64,000 bases of DNA from the human T2T-CHM13v2.0 reference genome, Homo sapiens, in NCBI RefSeq assembly GCF_009914755.1, contig NC_060945.1; one strand, written 5' to 3'. Positions 14,655 through 28,274 of this stretch are shown one piece after another. Each line of letters opens with the position of its first letter. Within the stretch, counting starts at the first letter, position 1. Under the pieces are notes generated by a model. The model was not told where the DNA came from. It was given only the letters and a program-made list of their open reading frames with translations, and ran no database searches. The translations under genes and the position numbers were made by a program.

Positions 14655-16974
14655 GAAGGACACCATTTTTATAGGTGTTCTTGCTTAATCAAATGGAAGA
14701 GGGCTTCACTTTCTAAGTCTTCCTCACCCAGAAGGAATCTGTGAGATAAATGTAAGCTCTTCCCATTCTTCCTTCTGGCCTGAAACAAATGTGGCTGCCA
14801 TATGCAATTTTGGAGGGAAAAAAAATTAAGGAAGATCAAGAATCTTCCTGAAGAATCAGTGATGATTAATGCTGCTTAAATTTTGTTGAAGATCGTATGA
14901 ATGAACGTTATTTTCTTTTATTTTGGCATCATGGTGTTTTCAAAACTAAAGTGTATTTTCCCATACTGTATGTATAAAGCTCATAAAGTACAACTACCAA
15001 GAGATAAAACAAATTAATGATCATTCTGTGTCGACTTTCAAGTCTTTTGACTTTTTTCTATTATCCTTCAATGGTACTACATACAAATACAAAATTATAT
15101 GTACTGATTTCATAGTCTATCTTTTGCTGATTATAAAAGCTACTCATTTATTATACAAAGTCATAGAAAATTGCTTAAATAAAATCAAAATCACCTGTAA
15201 TCCCACTGTTGGGAGATAAACACTGATAAGATTTCTTTTCCGGACATGTTTTCTTTTACTTAGTATGCTGGTTCTGAAGCATGATTAACGTTGACCATTC
15301 AAAGGTCCCATGGGAAGGCCACATATAAAGGAGTCTGATGTCTCTCCAAGGATGGCTGATTAGCCTTTCCTGATGAAGAAATGCCCAGCAATTCTGGTCA
15401 TTCCTTATGAGACCATGATGTAAACAATCAAGAACATTCAAGAATTTGCATCCTTCTTGTATGCAGCAGCTGGGCTCATTAAATAATGAGAATGATGAAG
15501 TCATCATTCTCATCACAGTGCATGTATAGGTCCCACACATGCATCTCCCATGACTTCAAAATTAGTAGGATTTCCACAGTGCAGGTCGGTGGGGAGAGGA
15601 GGCGCCATGGGCACCAATTCTCTAGCACACTGGATTACATACGGGGATTTACAAGATCCTTAAAGTCTACAATAAAAATGTTTTTCCATCCTCATCGCCA
15701 TCTTTAAAGTTTGGTGAACTCTCATGTGACATTTCTGACTATTGTGTTGTACTGATGTGTCTCAAGAGAGTTGTTGTTTACATAAATTCAAAGAATTACC
15801 CTGGTATAAAATGTCACAGTATTCAAATACATCCTTTCCATGCTAAAGAAGATAGCTGTAGATAATTGATACAAAGGCAGCCAAGAAACCCAGAAAACAA
15901 GGCATGCTTTTCCTAAAATTGTATTAAAACAATAAAATTCAAAATTAATATGAATTGAATACCTTTCTCATTTGACCATATCTGATAAGATTTCTGGTCA
16001 TTACTACTTACACATTTGGAAGGTCTTAATTACAAAATGAAACAGAATGACATTTAAGGTAAAATTCTTTCACTTGTAATTCCTTTTTTGGATTAAGCTA
16101 TTAACCTGACTTTGCCCCAATAATTCAACAGTAATTTATTTTACGCAATGTTCCTTGCCTTTGCTGGTCAGAGACAAGTACAGAAAAGTGCCAATTTCAA
16201 CAGTGGATCTATTACACCATGAAGAGCAGTCATTCAAATGGAAAGGGTTGAAAGCTTTGCAAAGAAAATATTCTCCTTGAGTAACAGTAATGATGTGCTT
16301 GAATCACACATGAGATAATTAATAAAATGTTCACATGATTAAGATGAATCTTACCCTCTGGTTCCAGAGGTACTACCAAAAGCAAAGGGTGAGATGAGAA
16401 AGCCAACTTATTCTCAAGGGAAATTATCCACTCCATGGGAAGAAAGTGGCAACAGCAACCTGACATACTTTCCCCATGCAGACAAGAAATGTATAGCACA
16501 TATGTCCGAGGCAAAATATTACAGAAAAATAATCCAGTGCCACACTGGATCCTTCATCTGATAAAGAGGTTAGGAAGGTTGTATGCCACACATAACAAGC
16601 ATTTTTCTCTCTTCAAGCTTTGTTTTGAATTTTAACACGCTTAATGTTTAAGATAATTTTATTTTGTTTGCTAGGTCAGTAAAAAAAAAAAAACTCTTGT
16701 CTAAAACATATATTTGGATACAGTCAAGAGATTTTAGAGCATACTTATGTTAATGCTGAACAGTAATTCTTTGTTAAGCAGGAATAATATGTAAGAATGT
16801 TACCTACTACTACTATAAAGTAGAAAACATATCACATGGAGATTTATCCTATACTAGGTCATGGTTGTCTCCTCTGTCAACACAACGATAGCTGTGAGTT
16901 TCTTTTTTAGTGCTATTGTCTCTAATTCATAGTGAATATTTGTTTTAAAACAAATTTTTGTGTATACTGTAAAA

Positions 16975-17075
16975 AACACTGGACCAATAATCAAGAGAGC
17001 TTGGACTGTAGTGCTGACTCTCCCATTTATTTGCTGTGAGTTATAGCAAGAAATTCAACCTCTCTGGATCTTGGT
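16975..17075 (+). mobile_element. MIR remnant
   Basis: actgga...tcaagagagcttgg...tctccc...ttgctgtgag...gcaag...aacctctctgg resembles the MIR core. Confidence 0.45.
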
Positions 17076-18112
17076 AGTTGTATAGCCTGTGAAGAGAGAC
17101 GAAGAACTAACACTGCCTGTCTATTAAGTGCAAGTAAAATGTACATCAGTTACACCTATGTCCCTATGTTACCTATGTTACACCTATTGGAAAACCTATG
17201 TTTTTCAGTTCCTTTTCCTGAAAGACAAGGCATGCTCTACATACTCTACCAGGTTATTTTATCAACTCTGTATTATACTCTGGGCTTGAGACCTTTGGAA
17301 AATTTGCCACTACCTAAGAAAAAAGCAGCACCTATATTCCTTAATTCTAATCTAAGGTTAATAACAAAGTAAGAGACAACATATGCTCTACTTGTCATAT
17401 TAGGGTCTAATTTCAGGTCCAATGGAAAAGGACCAGTGATTCATAAAATGAGAAAATATGGTAAAATGATTCAACACGCCAAGTACCTACAGGAAATAGC
17501 AAATGATTATCTAGTCCCATAGTAGTCAAGAACAGTTAGTGTCAACGTGCTCATTTCACATCAGACACAACCAGAACTGAGAAATTTGCTTAACATGTCA
17601 CAAGTGACCCAACTTTTTGAATTATGTACCTCCACATCAAAGGAGCCCAGAATCTGTTCGGAGGATGAAAGAGAAATCTGATAATGGTTGATGGCAAAGC
17701 CTTGGCAGGAATAAACTCCTTCCCTGAGAAAGAATTATTTTATAGGCTTCTCTCCATTTCTCCTTGCCAGTCTCCAGCCTGTGCTTCACAGCTGGGTAAT
17801 TATCTGTCAGTGGAATGATATATTTTCAAGTGGTTCTCTTTCCATAATGGTTAAAAACATAAGGTGAGGACAGGTCATTAACTTTACTATCAAACAGGTA
17901 TTTGGTAGATGAGATTAATTATTTAAAACCACATTACTTAGGCTGTTGTTTCCCTAAATGGTGCATAATGCAGTGTAGCACAACAAATACAAATATTTGG
18001 ACAGTCTCCGTGTAATTATAATATTATTATAAAATCTTCTGACTTGATATTGAGATCTGAGAACATCTTTTATATCCTTTATTACTTGTTGTACTGTTCG
18101 TTCACTTGGAGG

Positions 18113-18253
18113 TTTTTTTGTTTGTTTTTGTTTTTTTAAGAGACGGGGTCTCATTATGTTGCCCAGGCTGGTCTCTAACTGCTGGGCTCAAGCAATCTTC
18201 CCACCTCGGCCTCTTACAGTGCTGGGATTATAGGCTTGAGCCACCACACCCAG
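18113..18253 (-). mobile_element. Alu monomer (FLAM_C-like)
   Basis: T tail + agacggggtctcattatgttgcccaggctgg...gggctcaagcaatc...ccaccacacccag; left monomer only. Confidence 0.85.
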
Positions 18254-19987
18254 TGGAAGGAGAGCTTTTCAGAGATGAGGAGGCTTGAAGAGCAGGGGCA
18301 AAGGAAGTGATCAACAGATAGGATAAAATAGACCTGGGGTTCAAAGGATATTTGCTACAACAACTGGCACTAGGTAGTAAATAACAATCTTAATGTGGAT
18401 TTCATCTTTCCATCAACTTTAATACAAATCATTCTGAATAGAATATGAAGCAGAAAAATCTATGTAAAATGATAAGTTCACTTCTGAAACATGACTGCAG
18501 TTTTGAGTGTCATACCAGGAGCAATAATGCCCATCCAAAGCCCTACCTGTTCTCAGTGAGCTTACATTCTAATGAAAATATATTTGGAATACTTCATAGA
18601 ACAGGTAAGTAAGAACCAAAAGAAACAAATCATTAACAAAGCCTGGCCCATCAAATTAACAGACTCATGATCTACTTCCTAACTTGTACTGAATTGTTCA
18701 ATCTCTGTGTGTTATTTCTTGGTGTAATAACTAAGTGAGTATAAAATACACAGTTCCTGGGGACAGATGACTTCTATATTTTTTTGAGTAGGAGTTCTGT
18801 ATCTAGAATTTAAGTGCTGCTTATTTTCATCTAATTAAACTGCACTTTTTGATGAACCAGAAAAGAGTTGAGGCCTTATAAAGCATATAGGAACAAGGAA
18901 TAAGGAGGAAAAAGGAAACTCTTGAATTATCAGATGTTTAAGAAATCTAGTTTTCTACACTCTCTTCATCAATTACATTGTAAGTAAATTCACCAGGTGA
19001 AATCTTCTTTCTAATGCCCAGTGTTTTCATTTTATGTCTCAAATTATGCACATGAATGAACAGCAATCAGTATGCTCTTAGGACATTCATTTTTGACCAT
19101 ATATTACATAGATCTCCGGAATCTTCAGTAAATATCCTTACTTTGTAAGTTTGCTGTTGGATTTTCTTTGAAATATTCCTTTTAACCTTTATAAGAAGTC
19201 ATCAGAATATACATCAATATTTGTCCACAATCTCCACAGACAATCTCTATATCCTTATTTACAACCTGCCTACTGATGAATACACTTGTGGAAAACATCT
19301 AGATGTAAGATACCAGAGCAAAGAACTTGACTTCTGCAATGACTGGTCACATAAAAACAACAACTAGGAACAGACTAATAACCAAGTTAGATTAAATATG
19401 GAGTATGACAGTTTCCAGAGGAAAAGAGCACGATACCACATAAAACTACTCAATTTTTTTAAATAAAATGTTGAGGTAAATTTGAGGTTTGTGACAAAAC
19501 AAACATTAAACATTAGTAATCAGACTGTTTCCTCCAGTTTGATGTAAGCAGAAAAAAAGCCTTCCCAATTCCAATTCCTCTACTATCACCAAATAAGAGG
19601 AGTAGTTATTGTAGAACAGCCTTTTTTTTTTTTTTTTTTTTTTTTTTAGAAATTAACAAAATGCTGCAGCTTCACATTAGATTCTTTCTTCTAGAAAGTC
19701 TATGTGAAGAAACACACAAGGCCCCTGTTCATGAGAATCATCTATGCGATACGGTAAAATAAGAATTCCCGGATCCGCTACTATAGGCATTTTTCATTCA
19801 GGAGTCCTGGAACTGGCCCAGGAATTTGTAATTTCAATATACACCCTGGGTAAATTCATTCTGAGGCAGGGAACTCAAAAATACTGCTCCTATAGGGTCA
19901 GTGCACAGAATGTAACTGCAAGAGTCCAAAACACAGTACAACACAGAGTGGCAATGTGCTGAAGAACAAGTCTGTGTATGTGACCTA

Positions 19988-20518
<531 letters not shown>

Positions 20519-21339
20519 TACCACTATCCACTAAGAGTCAAGCCTGCTCTACCTCTGACCAAGCTAAAGAAATTCAGTACAAAGAAAAAGATGCAAATGA
20601 CAAGCATCTAGCTATTCCATTCAAAATATTAAGCAATGCAACTTTTAATTTATTGTACTCATTTAGACTTAAAATATTATTTTTCCAGGGGAGCTAAAAT
20701 AGAAACAAGAGGGGGAAAGGAGGATTCTTACAAGCATGGGGTGATTTTTGATGTGAAATAAATTGGTGTAGGATAATAGTCTGTAATGTCCTAAACAAAC
20801 GTTACAGTAGATATGGCTGGGGATATTATGTTTAGTAAAATTCAACCTCCCCCTATCTCTCACTAATCGGACAAACATTTTACAGGATATGACACATAGA
20901 AAGCTTTCTATATAAAAATCCTGCTCTTATTCCAAGTAATTTACATGAAAATAACTTATCGAAAAGTTATCAAGGGTGTCATTTAGATAAAAATAAACTC
21001 ATGAATTCTCTTTGCTCCTATAACTAACTACAGCCCCTTGCTTTGATTACTGTTGTGAATACATCATGGTGTTTAACTGAGCACTTAGAATGAAATGTGA
21101 AACTTGATCAATTAAATCACATTTGTGAAATATCAAACCACTTCTATTTATTAATGAGTAGAGATTTGAAAGAAAAACATAAACATAAAAATCTATTTCG
21201 AAAATGTGCATTCCCTTGCATAAACCTTGCATTGCAACAGGGTGGTTGTTTTGCCAGATAAATAACAACGAATAGAGAAGTGACGGTATAAGCAAGGGAA
21301 TGATTAGAATGCTGGGCCATGCAATCTCAAGTGGCAAAA

Positions 21340-22090
21340 GTGAGAACATGAGGGGAATTAGACACAGGTAAAAGGTGGTAGGGACCAGTGGAATCTGAGT
21401 CCACTGATCACACTCCAGGGGCTAAAGAATGTATGGCGCACAGGACTGGAGAAAGTGAGGTGGTAATAAGTAGTACTTGGAGAGTCAAATAATTGAAATT
21501 AAAATTTTGGAGGAGTTGCAGTGATTGGTCATTGCAAGGAGTATAATATGACCATTGTAAGCAATGGGTGATGGAGAATGATGAAAACAAGGTCACTGGA
21601 GGGATGAGAATCATGAACTGACAAATTGGAATACTGGAAGGATCATTGAGATCAATATTAGGATCACTTAAGAATCAGCAAATGAGCAGCTACACCTGAT
21701 GACAGCAAGGCAGGAGCTAAAATCTTCAAAGTCTGAATGGTGAACATCGATGAGGTAGAAAGAGGTCTGGAGATGACCAACAGGTGGAGGAGCAAAGTGA
21801 TTTGTCTGAAAGCATGCACTTCAAGCTGAGGTAGGGGGGCTTTTAGGGAAGAGAAAGGAAGAGTGGTTTGGAAACAAAAATGAAGAGGAAAAGAGGAAAT
21901 GAAGAGGAAAAGAGGACATTCCCACCTCTAGGGGCAACGCTGTGAGGATTTTGAGAAAAGAACTTCGACCTGAGAAGGCTACAGGAGAAGTAGTGCCTTC
22001 CTTGGAGGGAGAACAAGGTTTCTGAGCAAGATAACATCCATGGGGAGTTAGACGATACACGGAATTTCACTCACAATTGTCCATGACATT
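21340..22090 (-). mobile_element. Old LINE (probably L2) remnant, purine-rich on + strand
   Basis: Extended GA-rich degenerate stretch typical of antisense L2 ORF2; family not secure by eye. Confidence 0.35.
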
Positions 22091-22199
22091 CAGAGGGCTT
22101 GACAAATCTAAATTAATAATCCCTTATCTTTGAATAAAAGTAACTGAATCAGGCTGAATTTACTGCTTCCATTTTAATAAGGCAGTAGGAGAACTATGC

Positions 22200-22364
22200 A
22201 TGGCTTGATGTCAATTGAGCGTGACTCAATCTCTGTCTAAAAAGTTGATATTTTGTTCATCATGGAGTTTTTTTGCAGTAATTTTGATTTTTAAAAATAT
22301 TACATTAAAAATTCTTAATCTCAATTCCTGACTGCCTTGTTTACCTCACCTTAGTCCCAGACCC
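22200..22364. mobile_element. MER91-like hAT relic
   Basis: ttttgatttttaaaaatattacattaaaa...cctcaccttagtcccagaccc resembles the MER91A end. Confidence 0.45.
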
Positions 22365-22391
22365 CAAAAAAATCAGTTAAAAAATAAGGTA

Positions 22392-22990
22392 CTGTGAATG
22401 AATAAATAACACTGTGGGGTACACACCTAGAAAATGGAATGTCATTCAACACTAAAAGGAAATGGGCTATGAACCCATGAAAAGACATGGAGGAACTTAA
22501 CTAATATTGCTAAGTGAAAGAAGCCCATCTGAATAGGCTCCATACTATATGACATTCTTCCCACTATATGACATTCTGGAAAAGGCAGAACTATGGAGAC
22601 TAAAAAGATCAGTGGTTGCCACGGGTTTGGGTGGTTGGGGGCAGGGGGAGGATGAACAGATAGAGCACAGAAGATTTTTAGGGCAGTGAAACTACTCTGT
22701 ATGGTACTACAATGATGGACATATGTCATTATACATTTGTCCAAACCCAAAAAATGTATACCGCCAAGAGTGAACCCTCAGGGAAACTATGGACTTTGGG
22801 TGCTAATGATGTATCAATGTTGGTTCATCGATTGTAACAAATGTACCATTCTGTGGGGGATGTTTATAATAGGAGAGGCTAAGCATGTGTGCAGGTAGCA
22901 AGTATATGGGAAACCTCTGTACCTTCCTCTCAACTTTTCTGTGAATCTAAAACTGCTCTAAAAAACCGTCTATTTTAAAAACAAAAATTT
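22392..22990 (+). mobile_element. 5'-truncated L1MC1-like 3' end
   Basis: aaaagatcagtggttgcc, gatttttagggcagtgaaactact, actatggactttgggtg, gattgtaacaaatgtacca, aaaactgctctaaaaaa; 12-bp TSD AAAAATAAGGTA. Confidence 0.88.
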
Positions 22991-23949
22991 AAAAATAAGG
23001 TATCAATCAGTGTAGCAGCAGGGGATAAACTCAGTGGTAGAGGTATATGCTAAGAGAACACACAAAGAAATCTCTAAATCAGAATCCTGGGGTGGGTGCT
23101 GAGAGAGTTATTCTTGAAACCACTGCCACAGTAACCTAGCTCCAAAGGGATCCTGCTATTAATACTTCTCTTTATTTTACTTTGTTCTTAAGTATCTTAA
23201 TATCTCAATGCAGGCACTTTAGATCACAGAAAATGCTCTAAAAATGCCACTAAAAATTTAATATTCCCATGGCTTTTTTCCTATATAATGAAAGGTGAAG
23301 TGGCTTTTTGTACAGGAATATAATTCTCCCACCGTCTTTACTTGTTTATTAGATCACAAAGCTGCAGCACTCATGAGTCATAAACTGTATGACACCTGAG
23401 AGTCCACCCTGAGGGACATGACTTTATGTGCAGTAAAGTGTGAGTTACTGCATCTTTCTAAAGGGTTCTTTTCACTGAAAGACAACCCTGCTGAGAATTT
23501 CCTCAGGAGTCATCGGTTTTCTATAAACCCAGTGGCAGGCATATTCACATCATGGTTCCCTCTATACAACTTAAAACCAACGAATTGTTTGTAGGGTACA
23601 AACTGATTACCAGGAGAAAAGGATCTCTTTTTCATGTTGGTTGCATACCATCTTCAGATTCCTATGGTAATAGTTGGTGCAACAGGGCAGTAACTGATTA
23701 GGTTGACTATTTCCAAGTAGGTAGAATTGCAAATTGACAAATTAAAATCCATGAAGACGGGGCTTTTCCCTAAAGACTAGTACTAGAACTTTATACAGTG
23801 ATCAGCCAAACACAGAATTTACTTCCAGTTCCCACCAGGAAATCTAGAACATGCGTGTTATTTTCTGTGCTTCAGCTTCTCTCTCTATAACACCAACAAT
23901 GACAATTGTTAATATGCAGATGGATGTGGAGATTACAAAATTTGAACCA

Positions 23950-24314
<365 letters not shown>

Positions 24315-24664
24315 TCAACCTGATTCAGTTACTTTTATTCAGAGATAAGGGATTATTAATTTAGATTTTCCAAACATAATGCAATTTTGCTGTTCCAACA
24401 TCAGGAGGTTTATTTAAGGGGGAGAACATTAGCAATCAAGGTAACAAAACTTCTTCTGAAGCAGAGCAAGACCCTTTTGATAAAGCAACTGCCACATGCA
24501 CAGCCAACTCCCAGCTCAGAAAGCAAACAACGAAACAAAACAAAAAAAGAAACAAACACGTTAAAATTTAAAATTCCAACAAAAATTCCCAATATCATCC
24601 CTAGGTTTTTATTAAATAACCCCAGTAAACATCCAGAGAGGAAAAAAAGCCTTTTTATGTTTAC

Positions 24665-24775
24665 ATAGATATAAAAATATTTATATTTATATAAAATATA
24701 AATATATAGCTCATTTATAAAGATATAAATATAGTTCATTTATATTTAAAGATATAAATATAAATATAGTTCAAC
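24665..24775. repeat. AT-rich low-complexity repeat
   Basis: Degenerate aaagatataaata(taaata)tagttca units. Confidence 0.7.
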
Positions 24776-24949
24776 ATTTTAGACAAGAATAAAAATTTCA
24801 TCAGAAATACAAATGTTCTCGTGGCTAGATTAAGTTCCTGATTTTTATCATAACTATAGTAGTCCTCCCTTATCTGTGGTTTTGCTTTCCATAGTTTCAG
24901 TCCAAAAATATTAAATAGAAAGCTCTATAAATAAATGAGTTTTATTTTT

Positions 24950-25515
<566 letters not shown>

Positions 25516-26750
25516 TGATCACTTCATCACAGCGCTTGTGTTCAAGTAACTCTTATTTGACTTAATAACGGCCCCAAAGTGCAAGAGTAGTGATGGTGGC
25601 GTAGTGTCATAATTGCTCTATTCTATTATTAGTTGTTGTGAATTACTTACTGTGCCTAATTTGTAAATTCAACTTTATCACAGGTATGTACCTATAGGAA
25701 AAAAACATAGTATATATTGGGTTTGGTACTATCTAAGGTTTCGGGCATTCACTGGGGGTCTTGGAAGTTATCCTCTGCAGATATAGGAGGACTACTGTAA
25801 GTATCGGTTCAATGTTTTAATATTTTCTTTGCAGCATCTCAAATCTTACATAGGAAATAAAGATAAAAGTTCCTTAAGCTGCTTAATTTGCATGTGTTTT
25901 CCAAAACATACATGTATTGCTAATATGACAAGCATTGCAAATAATTTGCTAATACAGCAAACATTAGCAAATCCTAACTCTCATACTCCCCTTCTTTTCT
26001 AAAATGTTTTTTATGTGAAACCCAATTCCAACTATTTCCTTGATTTTCCTTTTTAAAAAAGGACTCGAGATACTTATACTTAAAGCAGAAGCAAACCCAA
26101 GCCTCTGTCAGCTAGTAGAAAAATAAGCTGTCCTCAAGTCCTACAAATTTTCCTAAATTATAGCCACACAGAGCATTTGCTGTATAAATACGTACACTGT
26201 GTTCCAAACACACTCTTACCTAAGATCCCTTAGACTACACTTCAAATGCCTACGCCCATTAGGGTCCCCCCACATGGACAAACCTCCTCTGCACACAGTG
26301 AAATAATGCTAACCCCTCTTACAGAATGTTTTCTGGTATTTATCAGTGTGCCTCACATCGCTATTAAGTTTGTATCTGTACTGCCTGCCTGGTGAAAAGA
26401 AGCTTTCCTCAAGGGCAGAAAACATAACGTGGCATGTTATAGCCTCCCCGTGGAGCCCCACATCCATCATCTTTGGCTTTCAGACTATCAGGAGGCTGCT
26501 GACCCCCAACTCCTTTTATGTGGTGCTCCCACCCTCAGCTCTCTGAAGGAGGACTCATTAGTGACTGTATTTCAACTCTGCAGCACCATCCCTATAGCTT
26601 ATTAGAGCCCAAGAAAACCAAACTGTACGTAGCATTCTTTCCCTCAAGGGCTTTCACGAACACACAAAGGCTGTCGTTAGATAAGGAAGAAACTTGACTG
26701 GAGGTGAGCATAAGTCTGAGCCACAGGTGGCATGTCAACACCCATGGGTG

Positions 26751-26948
26751 CATGGTGGCTTGCGCCTATAGTCCCAGCTACTCGGGAGGCTGAGGTGGGA
26801 GGACAGCTTAAGCGAGGAGGTCGAGGCTGCAGTGAACTGGGATCACGTCACTGCACTCCAGTCTGGGCAACAGAGTGAGACCCCGCCTCAAAAAAACAAA
26901 AAACAAAAACAGAACGTAACAAAAAAACAAAGAAAAGCCCCCAAAAAA
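26751..26948 (+). mobile_element. Alu right monomer (FRAM or 5'-truncated AluJ)
   Basis: gaggtgggagga...gaggtcgaggctgcagtga...gagaccccgcctcaaaa; TSD CCATGGGTG. Confidence 0.85.
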
Positions 26949-27910
26949 CCATGGGTGGACTCAAACTAGGCATCTGGAAGAAGCAGTTAGTCCAGGAAAG
27001 GAAAACAGGGAATACTCAGAGAGACAAGGGAAGATGAGAAACAGACAAGACTGGATCTGGCAGAGACCGGATCTGACAGGGCCTGCCTGTGCCCTCTAAC
27101 TCTTTTAAGTCTTGGGATGTGCATTTGGATTCTAGGAGATGCCTTGTCCCCTTCAATAAGCCCTATTTCTAAACATAAGCTCCTTTAGTAGCTTTATGCT
27201 CCTTCCAATTGAACAAAAGCCAAGAAAAAGGCCCGGCTTGCATGCTAGTTCACTAATTCCCACCACATGATGCCCTCAATCTCTGTGCGCAGACCATTCT
27301 GTCCTACCACTGCATCCTCCACTTGCCTTGATCACTTTATCTGATCCCTGACCACTTGCTACCTCCTATTCTGCTGATGGGCTGTCTGTCCTATTAGAAT
27401 ATATAATCCTTGAAGGCAGGGACAATATGATTCATCTGGTGTTCCCTCAACAGTGGCAAACCCTGGGATAGCACAGTAAGTGTCTGATAAGCATGTAATT
27501 AATATTTCTGGTTAAGGTCAGAATCCATTCAATCAGGGACTTTCAGTATACATTAAGTTCCCTTTGGGTATTATAAACCTATCTCTTAAATAAGATATTC
27601 TAAATAGTTGTTGGATTATGGGCTTTTGAGGAAAGTAAGTATCTCAATGCCTTTCAATATTGTTCTTCCAAGTAGATATGACAGCTTATACAAATCATAG
27701 CATCTGCTATAAGCAGTAGATTACTGTAAATAAGCACTCAGCTGAGGAAGGCATTTAGGAAGAGTGACAAGTTAAGCTCTCACTTGGGCTAATGGGGCCC
27801 ATTCAGTTAGTACAGGAGTCTGAAAAGCAGCCTACCTACCTGGTCATACAGCCATGTTTTATCATTGAAAGTGAATGTATCAGTACATGAAATAATTTTA
27901 AGAGTGCATA

Positions 27911-28274
<364 letters not shown>

